A stretch of 64,000 nucleotides of DNA from Octopus vulgaris (taxonomy: Eukaryota), in assembly GCA_951406725.2 (NCBI GenBank), contig OX597817.1:89404001-89468000 (forward strand), read 5' to 3'. Numbering within the stretch: position 1 is the first letter of the stretch; every line of letters begins with the position of its first letter. Under the pieces are notes generated by a model, which was given only the letters and a program-made list of their open reading frames with translations, was not told the origin of the DNA and searched no databases. Positions 1 through 13,193 of this stretch are shown here, piece after piece. A program made the position numbers and the translations under genes.

Positions 1-198
1 ACCTCTATGAGGACAAGACTGTTGACAATTAAGTACTGCAGGCTTCAACTGAGAACTATACAACGATGTGTTACCTACTTACATCTAGGTAGCCTGAGCT
101 GTCGATATCTATGCATCTTGGTCACATACATCATACTGTGTAGGTAGCACATTATAAACCCCTGACCTGTGTTATAGTTCGCATTGTAGGATATAAAA

Positions 199-425
199 CT
201 GGCGAATCGTTAAAACATCGGGAGAAATGCTTTACGGTATTTGTTCCGGCTCTTCACGCTTTGAGTTCAAATCATACCGAGGCAAACTGTGCTTTGCATT
301 CTTCCCCACTCGAGGTAAATAAAATTAAGTACCAGGTTAGTATTGAGGTTAATGGTTTCAACAAACCTGTCTCCCCCTCAAAGCTACTGGCCTCGTATTA
401 AAATCAGGAGCCGTTGTTTATTATT
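199..425 (+). mobile_element. Degenerate tRNA-derived SINE, family A
   Basis: Head ctggcgaatcgtta..., B-box-like gagttcaaatc, body ...taaataaaattaagtaccag; aligns by eye with copies at 8670-9315 and 32575-32990. Confidence 0.7.
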
Positions 426-1025
426 ATTTAATTGATAGTATCATCGAAGTTTCACCAGGTCTCTGGCCTAAGCATATATATATATATATTGATAAAAATA
501 GGGGAATTTCGATCATCCCACGTGGTGAGTTGTAATATATATAAGAAATTAAAGAAGGAAAATTCACACCACACACTTTACATAGTTTTCATATAATTTT
601 AACATATCTTGTATTGCGTTTGTCGATCGGTTTCGATTTTGCTATTCATGACATTAAAATTTATTTAAATACGCATTTTCTTAAGAAGAATTTTTTGGTC
701 CATGTTGTATGAGGAGTTTATGAATGAATGATTCAACAATTAGGAAAATCTAAGGAGACGTAATTGGTTATCGTTATTATTGTGGACCGGAGAGATAATC
801 ATTCAGTTTTCGGCATCGGGGCGGAATAAATATACACACAAAAATTCAAAAACTAGAGTGGTAGGGAGAAATATGTACAGTGATGGGTATGTAATCGTGA
901 ATTAAAATATGTTTAGAAATCAAAGTTGGTTATGCGTGCATATTTAGATGTGTTCTGTATTTTCCGATGAAAAATCTTTTCTTTATTTAAAAGTTCTTGT
1001 AAAGAAATTGTATCTTTGCACTGGT

Positions 1026-1893
1026 TGCTGAAATACATTAAAAGTTTCATTAGAGAAGATTTAGACATGCTAGAGCACATACCAAAAACGATTAATGAGG
1101 AGGCATCATTGGTTTCCTTCGATGTTATTAATCTTTACACCAGCATCCCACATGACTATGAAATAAAAGCAATCAAATTCTGGTTGGAAAAGAACTCTGA
1201 AGTACTCCCGGAACGCATAAATCAGGTCCTTATAATTGAATCTTTAATATTTATACTTCAGAACAATTATTTCCTATTTGATGACTCCTAATATCGTCAA
1301 AAAGGTGGAATTGCGATGGGAATGAAAGCAGCCCCCGATAATGAGTTATTTTGAATTCACCGTATATGAAGCGTCATTTCAAAAATATGGTTATCCATTT
1401 CATTATTGCATAAGAGAAAACTGGAAAAGATACCTGGTTGACTGTTTTATCATTTGGAAGGAGACCACTGACAAACTTTTAGACAACACTAAATGATATA
1501 AACAGTAACATTCAATTCACAATGGAATATAGCAAAGAACAGCTCCCATTTTGGGATATTATGATAAAAAAAGTCATCAACCAAATTATAACTGACATCT
1601 ATCATAAACCAACGGACTCGAAACAATATCTCCTTTTTAGCTCATGCCACCCGAAACACATCAAAATAAATATCCCCTTTAATTTGGCAAAAAGGATTCG
1701 CACAATAGTGTCTGATAGAACTACTCGGGACCTTCATCTTCAATACCTCAAAACAACACTAACGGAAAGACGAAAGAAATTAGACATAAAAGCACTAAGG
1801 ACAACTAAACATAACACAACACATCTCAAAACACTACTGTATATATCAACCCACAACCTTAGAAATAATAAGGCATACAACACTATTGTGTAA
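1026..1893 (+). pseudogene. PLE reverse transcriptase, with frameshifts and stops
   Basis: LVSFDVINLYTSIP (motif A), YRQKGGIAMG (motif B), WKRYLVDCFIIW (degenerate RYxDD), thumb LPFWDI...TDIYHKPTD...SSCHPKHIK.NIPF. Confidence 0.9.
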
Positions 1894-1919
1894 AATTTCC
1901 CATTACCAGAGACCCAAAA

Positions 1920-2440
1920 ATGAACAACATCCTTAAATCACATAAACTCATCAAATGCAAAAAGCTACACAAATCGCTAAAGAGACTTCTAACAAATGCG
2001 AAGCTGTACATAACAACCACGAAACCAATGGTTAAAAAATGTGGACGCTCAAACTGTGGAACATGCCCCAACCTGCTTGAAGGCACGGATTTCCTTTTCA
2101 AACAAGGAGAGAGGTTCACAATTAAAACCAACTTCACTTGTGCCTCTGAGAACCTAATCTATGCAATAACCTGCTCAGGTTATGCACCTCATTATATAGA
2201 ACAGACGAGTATGAGTTTGAGACGGAGAACCACTCTACGTAAAGAGCAGGTCTGATTCCCGCAACCCAATATAAATTCCTTTAAGTGAACACATAGAGAA
2301 ATGTGTAGGTAACATCAAACCAAATTTCAGAGTTTTCCCCTTCTACCATTGCAAAGATACAATTTCTTTGCAAGAACGTTTAAATAAAGAAAATGTTTTC
2401 ATAGAAAAATACAGAACACGTCTAAATATGCAAGCATAAC
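1920..2440 (+). pseudogene. PLE GIY-YIG endonuclease remnant
   Basis: CGRSNCGTC zinc motif followed by NFTCASENLIYAITC..YIEQT, the PLE GIY-YIG signature. Confidence 0.85.
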
Positions 2441-2822
2441 CAACTTTGATCGCTAAACATTTAAATTCACGATTACATACCCTTCACTAAACATATTTCT
2501 CCCCATCACTCTAGTTTTTGAATTTTTGTGTGTATGTATATTCCGCCCCAATGCCGAAAACTGAACAATTATCTCTCCTGTCCACAATAATAATGATAAC
2601 CAATTACCTCCCCTTAGATTCTTCTAATTGCTGAATCGTTCATTTATAGACTCCACACACAACGCGGACAAAAAAAATTTTCTTAAGTAATTTTGATGTT
2701 ATGAATTTTAATGTTATGAATATTAATATTATGAATAGCGAAAGCGAAACCGGTCGACAAATACAAACAAGACATATTAAAAATTATATGTAAAGTGTGT
2801 GCATTTTCCTTCCTTAAATTCT

Positions 2823-2998
2823 TATATATATATATATATATATACATACATACATACATACATACATACATACATACATAGATACATACATATATGCATA
2901 CATACATACATACATATATGCATACATACATTTATACATACATATATATGCATACATTTATATATGTGTGTATGCGTTTGTGTATGTATGTATGTATG

Positions 2999-3045
<47 letters not shown>
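2823..3045. repeat. Compound (TA)n/(ACAT)n/(ATGT)n microsatellite
   Basis: Directly visible. Confidence 0.95.
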
Positions 3046-3047
<2 letters not shown>

Positions 3048-3555
3048 GCATATCAGTCATGCCCAACATTGGCCCTTGGGACTTTCACAGGTGCACGCCT
3101 AACGAAAACTTGGCTAGAATTTTTAGTAATGTAACCTGCCTGATGATGAACACTGTCTCATGCAGCCTGCTTCTCGAAAATGGTTGCGCGTACCTGGTGT
3201 ATATCCATAAAATGGTGGGATGGTCTCAGAATGCATTTAAGCATTAAAGCTTGATTTGAGTCAAATAGCAACAAACCCGACATCCTGTCGGCCAGCCAGC
3301 CAATCATCCAACTACACTTAGTAATATGGTCTTGTATAAACGATGTCTGAATAAAATAAAGAATGGCTGCCAGTAGAATCGATTTAATCATACATGTGTC
3401 CAATGACAGCTGGCCTGGGGTTAAACAGCAACTACTACCACAATAATAACAATTCATATATATCAATTTTAGACTAGTTCAAATATGTTTGCGACATATT
3501 TTATCACTTCGTTTACTTCTCATCACTGCTTAGCGCTGCTACCACTGTATATATT

Positions 3556-3593
3556 CACACACACACACACATGTGTGTATATATATATATATG

Positions 3594-3672
<79 letters not shown>

Positions 3673-3770
3673 TATATACGTTCATATATATATATTCATA
3701 TATATACATATATATATACACACACATATATACATATACACATACACACACACACATATATATGCATATA
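3556..3770. repeat. (TA)n/(CA)n microsatellite
   Basis: Directly visible. Confidence 0.95.
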
Positions 3771-4492
3771 AATAGATAGATAACAGCTTCTTTTTCATAG
3801 ACATTGTAGAGAAGAGACGACTATGTTTGCGTTTAATCTTTTTTATCAATGATTTTCCATATTTCCCAATCAGTCTTTTATCTTTTTGTTTGGAACAATG
3901 ACATTCCTAAGTCCATTAACATTTCAAGAGTTTCTTTTCAGTCTCATCCCTTGATATGTATGTATGTATGTATGTATGTTTGTATGTATGTATGTATGTA
4001 TGTATGTATGTATGTATGTATGTATGTATATGTGTGAGTGTGTGTGAAGGCGAGAGAGAGAGAGAGAGGAGAGAAAGGGAAAGTTGTGGAGACGGAATAA
4101 AGAATGGGAGAGAGAATTAAAACTAAATACAAGAGGAAGGAATTAAGCGATAGTTATGAGAGAATGAAGAGGAGTAGAAGCGAAAGATGAAAGAAAATGA
4201 GGAAGAAAAAAACTAACACTACAGGGAGAGGAGAAAGAGATCGATCGAGCGAGTACGAGGGAGAGAGAGAGAGAGAGAGAGAAAGAGAGGAAGAGAGCGA
4301 GAAAGAGATTGCATGAGAGAGAAAGAGAGAAAGAAATTGCATGAGAGGGAGAGAGAGGTGGGGGAAAGAGAAGGAGTACTATATTAAGAGACAAAAGAGA
4401 GACGTGCGCTCTCTCTGATGACTAAAATCATTATTATCTCTTCTACATCAACATTTTCTGCAGCCGCCGCCGCTGCCGCGGCTGCTGCTTCT

Positions 4493-4493
4493 G

Positions 4494-4563
<70 letters not shown>
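4493..4563. repeat. (CTA)n microsatellite
   Basis: Directly visible. Confidence 0.95.
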
Positions 4564-4874
4564 AGTAGTTGCTGGAGCACTCTTTGCAATGCTAATGATG
4601 CAACCACCTTGAAGTGGCGCCATTACGGACTAGATCTGAAGACACATGACAGGAATATTGGAACCCAATATTGACGCCATATTGGTAATTCCATAAAACC
4701 TCTCTCACCATCTTTTATCAGAAACCTGGCTTCAAACAAACGGCCTATATAAACTCTACCAAACACAATTTATCTTAATCGAAATGAAATTAACCTTGCT
4801 CAAAAGGATACCATGACAAAAACCTTGTTCCTTGTTGAGAAGGCAGGCTGAAACCTAACACATCGAATTGGTTT

Positions 4875-4902
<28 letters not shown>

Positions 4903-4905
<3 letters not shown>

Positions 4906-5027
4906 TAGCTGAAATTGCGAAGATGATCCGGTTCTTGACTGAAGATTGAAGGCTTCGAGTGTCCCGTCAGTGTTTTTTGTATCGTCTTCTAAATGTTTCA
5001 CGTTCTTGTCCCAGTTTGTATTTTTTT

Positions 5028-5028
<1 letters not shown>
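4903..5028. repeat. Short interspersed repeat between (TA)n/(CA)n runs; inverse copy at 46783-46870
   Basis: ggttcttgactgaagattgaaggcttcgagtgtcccgtc...gtatcgtc matches the reverse complement of gacgatac...gacgggtcattcgaagcctctaatctttagtcaagaacc. Confidence 0.6.
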
Positions 5029-5115
<87 letters not shown>

Positions 5116-5334
5116 AGTCTACGTATATATGTCATATATTTACTCCAACACACGCTCACACACATATATATTTATACTTGTGTGGTAAGAAGTTTGCTTC
5201 ATAACCACATGGTTCCGGGTTCAGTCCTACTGTGTGGCACCTTTGGCAAGTGTCTTCTACTATAGCCTCCGCCCGACCAAATCCCTGTGGGGTGGAATTG
5301 ATAGACAGAAATTGAAAGCAGCCCGTCGTATATC

Positions 5335-5781
5335 CGTTCGTCAGTGTATTCAGTACATTTAATATAAGTCTTTCCGTCCGTTTGTTTATTACTATGCGTA
5401 TTTGACTTCTGAAAATATTATTCATGTAACGCAACGCACTCCTTATTTTTGATCCATTCGTAGAAATATTCTTGGAATATCTTTTGGGGGTAACTGTAGT
5501 TTGTCTCTTCCTTTCTTTTGCCACTCTTTCACCTTCCTTTTTATCTCTCTGTCTTTCTCTCTCTGTCTTTCCCTCTCTGTCTTTCCCTCCTTGTTGTTCT
5601 CTAGTCCTTCTGGCTCTTCTTCGCTCCTCCCACTACCACGAGACCGCGTTGTCTTCGATTTGACTTCTCTTAGCTCTTCACTTTACCCTTTCTTTCTTGC
5701 GATATGTTATTAATTTTTGTTGTATATGTATCATAATCATCATCGTCGTCGTCGTCGTCATCATCGGCGTCGTCATCATCA

Positions 5782-5824
<43 letters not shown>

Positions 5825-6195
5825 GATTATTATTATTATTATTGTCTTGTTTTTATGCCACGTCCCGAATTACATTTTTTGTATGTCCATTTCCGTATTC
5901 CTTATTGATCCTTCCTTGTCCGTCTTGTTTTGTTACGTTTTGGTTGCATTTCCAGCAAGTTCTCTTGCTGGTTGCCTCCAGGGTGGATGCAATATTATTG
6001 ATTATGGAACGAAATTGCGCTCAACACCTTGACTGATGAGGAATTGCTGACCTCCTGTGTTTGTTCTCCGTTCGTCTGTGCATTAAGTGCATTCCCTGCA
6101 TTTAGTATATGCCTTTCCGTTCGGGTGTTTATTATTATACGTGTTTGACTTTTGAAAATATTAATGTAACGCAACGCACACCTTATTTTTGATAC
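5335..6195. repeat. Two overlapping fragments of an unclassified repeat family (~120-bp direct repeat 5335-5453 / 6068-6193)
   Basis: Both share cgttcgtc...tttgactt.tgaaaatatt...atgtaacgcaacgcac.ccttatttttgat. Confidence 0.6.
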
Positions 6196-6219
6196 ATATA
6201 TTTATGTATATGCGTGCGC

Positions 6220-6262
<43 letters not shown>

Positions 6263-6406
6263 TGCGCGCGCATGTTTGTGTTTGCGTGTGTGTGTATGCC
6301 TTTGTGTTTGTCCCCCATAACCGCTTGGCAACCGATGATGGTGTGTTTACGTCCCCTAAATTTAGCAGTTCGGCAAAAATAATTCGGGACGTGACACAAA
6401 AGCAAG

Positions 6407-6455
<49 letters not shown>

Positions 6456-6457
<2 letters not shown>

Positions 6458-7033
6458 GCCCTGATGCAGTACCAGGATGCCCTGATGCAGTACCAGGCAG
6501 TGGCTCTCATGGCTTCTGATCTTAACTGATTGGAAGTGTTATCATGTACATTGTTTTGTCTTGGTATAAAAGATGGGCTACAGCAAATATTCTGCTCAAT
6601 ACCACAGATTTGCTTGTCAGTTGTTTGACCTTAACCAGTTGAGCATGTCCCTTAGTGGCTGACGATATGTGCATCTCTGATCACGAGCAGAAGTAGTGGG
6701 GGAGCATCATAGCCATGTGTTGAGAGGGATTCTTTGGGGTTTGAATAGTTCACCTCTGGAAACATGGGTGGTCTTTCAACATCCTTAAACAACCCTTATT
6801 CAGGGACCGTTTGAGCGGGATGGGCTGCTCAACCTGAAGAAAATTCTAACTGGGCCCCACCTGCAAGGTCATGTGCTGTTTATCTTGATATGAGATCACC
6901 ATGTTGCGCACACATATGGTTGTGATGCATGTGCCTGGTGTACCTTTATCAGACAGGTAGTCATGATGGGTATATTGGGCTTCGTATATTTTATCCCAGT
7001 GTCACTTTGATGACATGAACTGCTCTCTCACTC
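6456..7033 (+). mobile_element. ~580-bp non-coding element embedded in (AAT)n, copy 1 (strand assignment inferred)
   Basis: End-to-end match to the reverse complement of 20086-20637; (AAT)n on both sides. Confidence 0.85.
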
Positions 7034-7077
<44 letters not shown>

Positions 7078-7342
7078 TGATGATGATAATAATAATGACG
7101 ACAATGATGATGATGCGAGGTTTAAAAATAATTCCTGGGATCGAATTGCTCAACTAAAAAACTCTTCAAGGTAGTGCCCCAGCATGACCGCAGTCAAATG
7201 ACTGAAAAAAGAAAAAGATAAACGATATTCTATTTTCCTCAGCTATATTGTGAAGATTTAAAATGGTCTCGAAGATATGCACAAGAACACAATAAACGTA
7301 TAATAAATTATAGATTATGCAAAAAAAAAAAAAAAAATTGGG

Positions 7343-7875
7343 GCCCCGAGACGTAAGCACACTAATACCAGTTGTCAAGCTGTGGTTGGAGACAAACACA
7401 CAAGCAAAGATACACACATACAAAGATATATATATATATATATACATATGCTTCATTGTATAATTACTGCAGCATTTTTTGATATATAAACACGTGGTTG
7501 AAGAGAAAGATGTAAATTCTACTTTTACTGTATATTTTTGTAAGTGTTTATACATATTGCTGTGCGACAGCGCTGCTCGTATAGGTATCTGTAGATACAT
7601 ATACATCTTTACAGCGGAATATCGACTCTGATGCCAGCAGTAGCTATATTTTTTCCCCTTTAGCTTGAAATGAGATCTTATACGCGATTAACCAAAAGTT
7701 TAATTTATTATCTTTCTTTTGCTCGACTACAACCTCTGTTTTTAGAGTTTTTAAAGATGGTTTTAACGCCATTTGACGTCTATTTCAGCGCGTGGAGAGG
7801 CATATTGCCAATCCCTTGTTATAGATATATACAAATACATACATACATACATACATACATACATACATACATACA

Positions 7876-7911
<36 letters not shown>

Positions 7912-8099
7912 TATACATACATACACACACACATATATATACGCACGCACACGACTAGATTCATTCAGGCTTTGGTCAGCCGAAGGCTGTAGTAGAAGCT
8001 ACTTGCCCATGGTGCTGCTACGCTGTAGGCTGGAACCTAGAACCTGGAACCTCATGATTGCTATGTAAGTGTCTTGCCACACAGCCACGCCTGCGCCTA
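7343..8099 (-). mobile_element. Degenerate SINE family B (body 7343-7445, head 7951-8099), interrupted
   Basis: Head end ccacacagccacgcctgcgccta and body gacgtaa.cacac...gttgtcaagc, as in 12522-12907. Confidence 0.6.
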
Positions 8100-8399
8100 C
8101 AAAGTCCTATAAGACTATTCACTTACATATATAAACACGTCTTGTCTTTTCTGAGTTGCTTGTATACCATATAATTATGTTGAATGTGTTTTTAGGCATA
8201 TCTTCGAAACCATTCTTATTCTTCACAATATGGGGAGGAAAATACATTAGGCGAACATTCTTTGTATTTAATACAAAATGGTAAGATGCTCATCAACAGT
8301 ACTGAACAATAAGTTGAGGTGGTCGATAAAATAATTTACCTGTCAAATACTGGGGTGGATATAATCATATGTTTAGTGCCCTTCATATAACATATGACA

Positions 8400-9315
<916 letters not shown>

Positions 9316-9829
9316 TATTTGCTACTGATGTATTCTGACATATTTACAAGTTGCTCTTTACGCTGAAATATATCTCGAACAGATGGATGGAACAGTATTT
9401 TTTTTTCAGAACTAATTTGCAAGCTGGAATACTTTTAAATTTGAAATATCTTCTCATATAAGTCTCAGACAGAGAAGAAATTTTGTTTTTAGATATATTA
9501 CATCTTTTCATCCTTTCGTCTCAGCACGTGCGCGCACACGCACATGCACACGCACACACACACACATACATACACACACACAAACCACAAATACACGCAC
9601 ACACAAACAGTCACACACACACACATATATATATGTCTACAAGAAATAAGTCTTGCACTCGAAAGAAAAAGAATTCAAAATCAAGACTACCACATAGAAA
9701 GCAACTAAAACAAACTGGAAAAGAATATATTGTACAGCATGACACGTTGTAACCGAAAAAAAAATTAATGACATTTCCATTGAGAGCACTACAAGTTTGA
9801 AAAAGTTAGCGGTATTTGGCAACAACATT

Positions 9830-9972
<143 letters not shown>

Positions 9973-10229
9973 AACTTCAAGTGAAGGGAATGTTTCTGAA
10001 AACGGTAGTTTTATCTCTGTTGCCAATGGAACAGAACAACTGAACAAGATAAGATTCGGGCAAACCCCCAATAGTCTGGCAACACTATGTGAAGCAGAAT
10101 AGTCTTTCCTTGTCTGAAAAGTATGTCCGAGAAATGGCAAGGCTGTAGGTCATATGGTCTTGCATGCTTAAAAAAAATTATGGAGAAAGTTCTATGTTGA
10201 CCTCAAACCAGCAGCTACAAGAACCACTA

Positions 10230-10900
10230 TCCGATGTGTGAGGTGAGCTACTCGTTATCCAATGCAGCAATGCTAGGCATTTCGAACCAAACAAGGAAGC
10301 AAGCAGAAACTAAAGCTCACTTGCACCTACAATATTTTTGCAGCAATATTTGGACCAAAGAAACACAACGGTGAGATCTCAGGCTCATCGGCTATGAAAT
10401 TGATACCTGACTTATAACTTTCATGTCTCAACGTGGGCAGTTGATCACTGCACATATGATATAAGAAATATGCTATGTCGGAGTATCATAATGGATCCCT
10501 GACCGACAGAGATCTCCGGGAACTGTGTTCATTTGCGGGAGTAAAAACGAAAACTAGACAAAGTTCCGAATAGCATAAGCCACTCGAAAGCTTTTCTTCT
10601 TGAAGTTAAGAAGCAGAGAGCAGCACGCCCTAGCTTCTTGATCACCACCAGGGTACCGTCTGTGGAGCGCCGCCAGTTACACCCCTAACTGCAGCTACGA
10701 AGCTGGCTGGAAAATCCGACATACTCTCAATACCAGAAATAATAATTCATCGTGTTCAGCTGAAGAGATAAAGGTGGTGATGAAAGTGACAGGAAGGGTA
10801 GCTATCACGGACAGTGTCAAAGAGAAACAACCGAAGGAAACCACAAACAAGAAATATGAACCATTAGGAGAACCATTATTAACCATTAGGAGAAACGGCC
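10230..10900 (+). pseudogene. Possible highly degenerate Tx1-type ORF1 remnant
   Basis: Fragments LQQYLDQRNTTVR and LDKVPNSI loosely resemble MYPVHMGKRTVRVRI and VKRIPDYI of ORF 14092-14814. Confidence 0.3.
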
Positions 10901-12196
10901 CTTTGTCACTGAAGTAGGACTGACCCTTGTTTTCCCATTAATTCGTATAGAAAAGAAAAACTGATAATGAATGATTTAAATTACTTACGCTAGCTTTGTG
11001 GAACAAACTATGTGCACGTACTTACGAAAAAAGATATGATGATTCAAACGTATGAGGTATACCAGACAGGTTGTTTGTAACATTAAACTTCCGTGATTAC
11101 CAAACGCTATATTTAAATCTCGACTAACACGTGGGCTTTTGTTGCAAACTTCAACATCAGAACAGCACACACAGCGAAAAATTGTCGGTATATGGAAAAA
11201 GCGAGAAACGATCAGTGAAGATGATGAGAGTTAAACTAGACCGAGCACAATCTGGTTGGATACAAGTCTTAATTATATCTTACTTTAATCATTGTATATT
11301 TTTTCTATAATTTTCTATTTATGTCTATGTATTTAACCCATGTTACTACCAATTTTTAGCTCATCACGCACACACATACATACGTTCATGCGTATATATA
11401 TATACTAATACAGTATATCTACACTGCCAAAAAATGACGAGAGAGAAAAAGAGAGTGAGAGAGAGAAAGAGAAACAAATAATGAAGAAAGCAGATGTCTA
11501 AGAAGTTACGTTTATCCATTGTTGATTAATGACAACTATTTGAATGATACGCCACCTCAACAAGGGACTCATCCAGCAGGGGACCTGAAAACCAAAACTG
11601 CTACCGCATATGCAACACCCTCGGTGCACATGGGTCTAGGAAAATTGAAGTATCTCATTGTCACATACGTGTAATACCCTCACTTCCATTGTCTGTGGTT
11701 TAATGAAATTTCGACCATCAACAATTAGGTGAGACTCTGGTTGATTGCGCAGCACTTGAACAGGGGATACAGTAAAGTGGTGAGAATCCAGAAAATTCCA
11801 AATAGCCCCTCCTCAACTTCAAAATATCCTCCCTCTCAAACTACTAAAGTGACGATATTTTATTGCTATAGTTATGCGGAATACCGTAACCACAACAACA
11901 ACAAGACTGTTCGAACCTTCCACATAATTGATTTCTTTTGTCGACGCCCTTTCAGTCCTTTTTTTCCACAGGTAGTGTAAAAGGGATCAAATTACACATT
12001 TTTTAATTCACTCATTTTCAAGACTGCAAAAATAAAGAGTAAACAATTGATGTTCAGATGTTATATATGAAAATAGTAACTAAACAATTCAGTAACGACT
12101 GGACAACTGTGTTATGTCAATAATATAACATGGAGATACAAGCTGCCAAAAATTCATCACTGAGAATCTGAAAAAATATTCTTGATTCAGCCTGGC

Positions 12197-12457
12197 ATGT
12201 ATGTATGTATGTATGTATGTATGTATGTATGTATGTATGTATGTATGTATGTATGTATGTATGTATGTATGTATGTATGCATGCACGTACGGATGTATGT
12301 ATGTATGTATGTATGTATGTATGTATGTATGTATGTATGTATGTATGTATGTATGTATGTATGTATGCATGTACGTATGTACGTATGTATATATGTATGT
12401 ATGTATGTATGTATATATGTATGTATGTACGTGTGTATGTATGTATGTATGTATGTA
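12197..12457. repeat. (ATGT)n microsatellite
   Basis: Directly visible. Confidence 0.95.
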
Positions 12458-12521
12458 CACATCTATCTTTTTACAACCCCTATCTCAATTTGTATATATA
12501 TATCTTTCTTTTTTTTCTCTT

Positions 12522-12903
12522 TTTTACTTGTTTCAGTCATTTGACTGTGGCCATGCTGGAGCACCGCCTTTAATCGAGCAACTCGACGCCGGGACTTATT
12601 CTTTTGTAAGCCCAGTACTTATTCTATCGGTCTCTTTTGCCGAACCGCTAAGTAAACACACCAGCATCGGTTGTCAAGCAATGCTAGTGGGACAAACACA
12701 GACACACAAACACACACACACATATGTATATATACATATATACGACGGGCTTCTTTCAGTTTTCATCTACCAAATCCACTCAAAAGGCTTTGATCGGCCC
12801 GAGGCTATAGTAGAAGACACTTGCCCAAGGTGCCACGCAGTGGGACTGAACCAGGAACCATGTGGTTGGTAAACAAGCTACTTACCACACAGCCACTCCT
12901 GCG

Positions 12904-12907
<4 letters not shown>
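12522..12907 (-). mobile_element. Near full-length tRNA-derived SINE family B
   Basis: Minus strand reads taggcgcaggagtggctgtgtggtaag (A-box), ggttcagtccc (B-box-like), an internal TA/TG microsatellite, and tail aaatgactgaaacaagtaaaa. Confidence 0.9.
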
Positions 12908-12954
<47 letters not shown>

Positions 12955-13007
12955 AATATTAAATTTCTAAATATCTCATAGAGATATGTACGGTGGTGGG
13001 GTGATAG

Positions 13008-13147
13008 AGTGTTGTATACTGTCAACTTAACGCGACAGTAAGGTAATTACACCACCGCTGTTTAGCCTAGGAAGCATCGACGCTTCCTAGGGCTAAACAG
13101 CGGTGGTGTAATTCCCTTACTGTCACGTTAAGTTGACAGAATACAAC

Positions 13148-13151
<4 letters not shown>
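13008..13151. repeat. Near-perfect 144-bp palindrome (foldback), between (TA)n runs
   Basis: Arms 13008-13075 and 13082-13151 are reverse complements with few mismatches; loop atcgac. Confidence 0.95.

Positions 13152-13193
<42 letters not shown>

Larger units (their letters stand above)
541..2825 (+). mobile_element. 5'-truncated Penelope-like retroelement (PLE) with inverted terminal duplication, set in (TA)n
   Basis: RT and GIY-YIG fragments at 1026-2440; 541-1025 is the reverse complement of 2345-2825; TA runs lie outside both arms. Confidence 0.9.
5179..7217 (+). mobile_element. tRNA-derived SINE family B, split in three by nested insertions (head 5179-5331, body ~6195-6378, tail ~7118-7217)
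   Basis: The pieces are colinear with the intact minus-strand copies at 12522-12907 and 56964-57377. Confidence 0.7.

Noticed and set aside
3135-3185. cctgatgatgaac... as a hammerhead
   Set aside because: No stem II followed by GAAA and no matching stem I
6005-6060. GAAA...CTGATGA near gactgatgaggaattg as a hammerhead
   Set aside because: No NUH triplet or stem III in the right register, and no stem II closure
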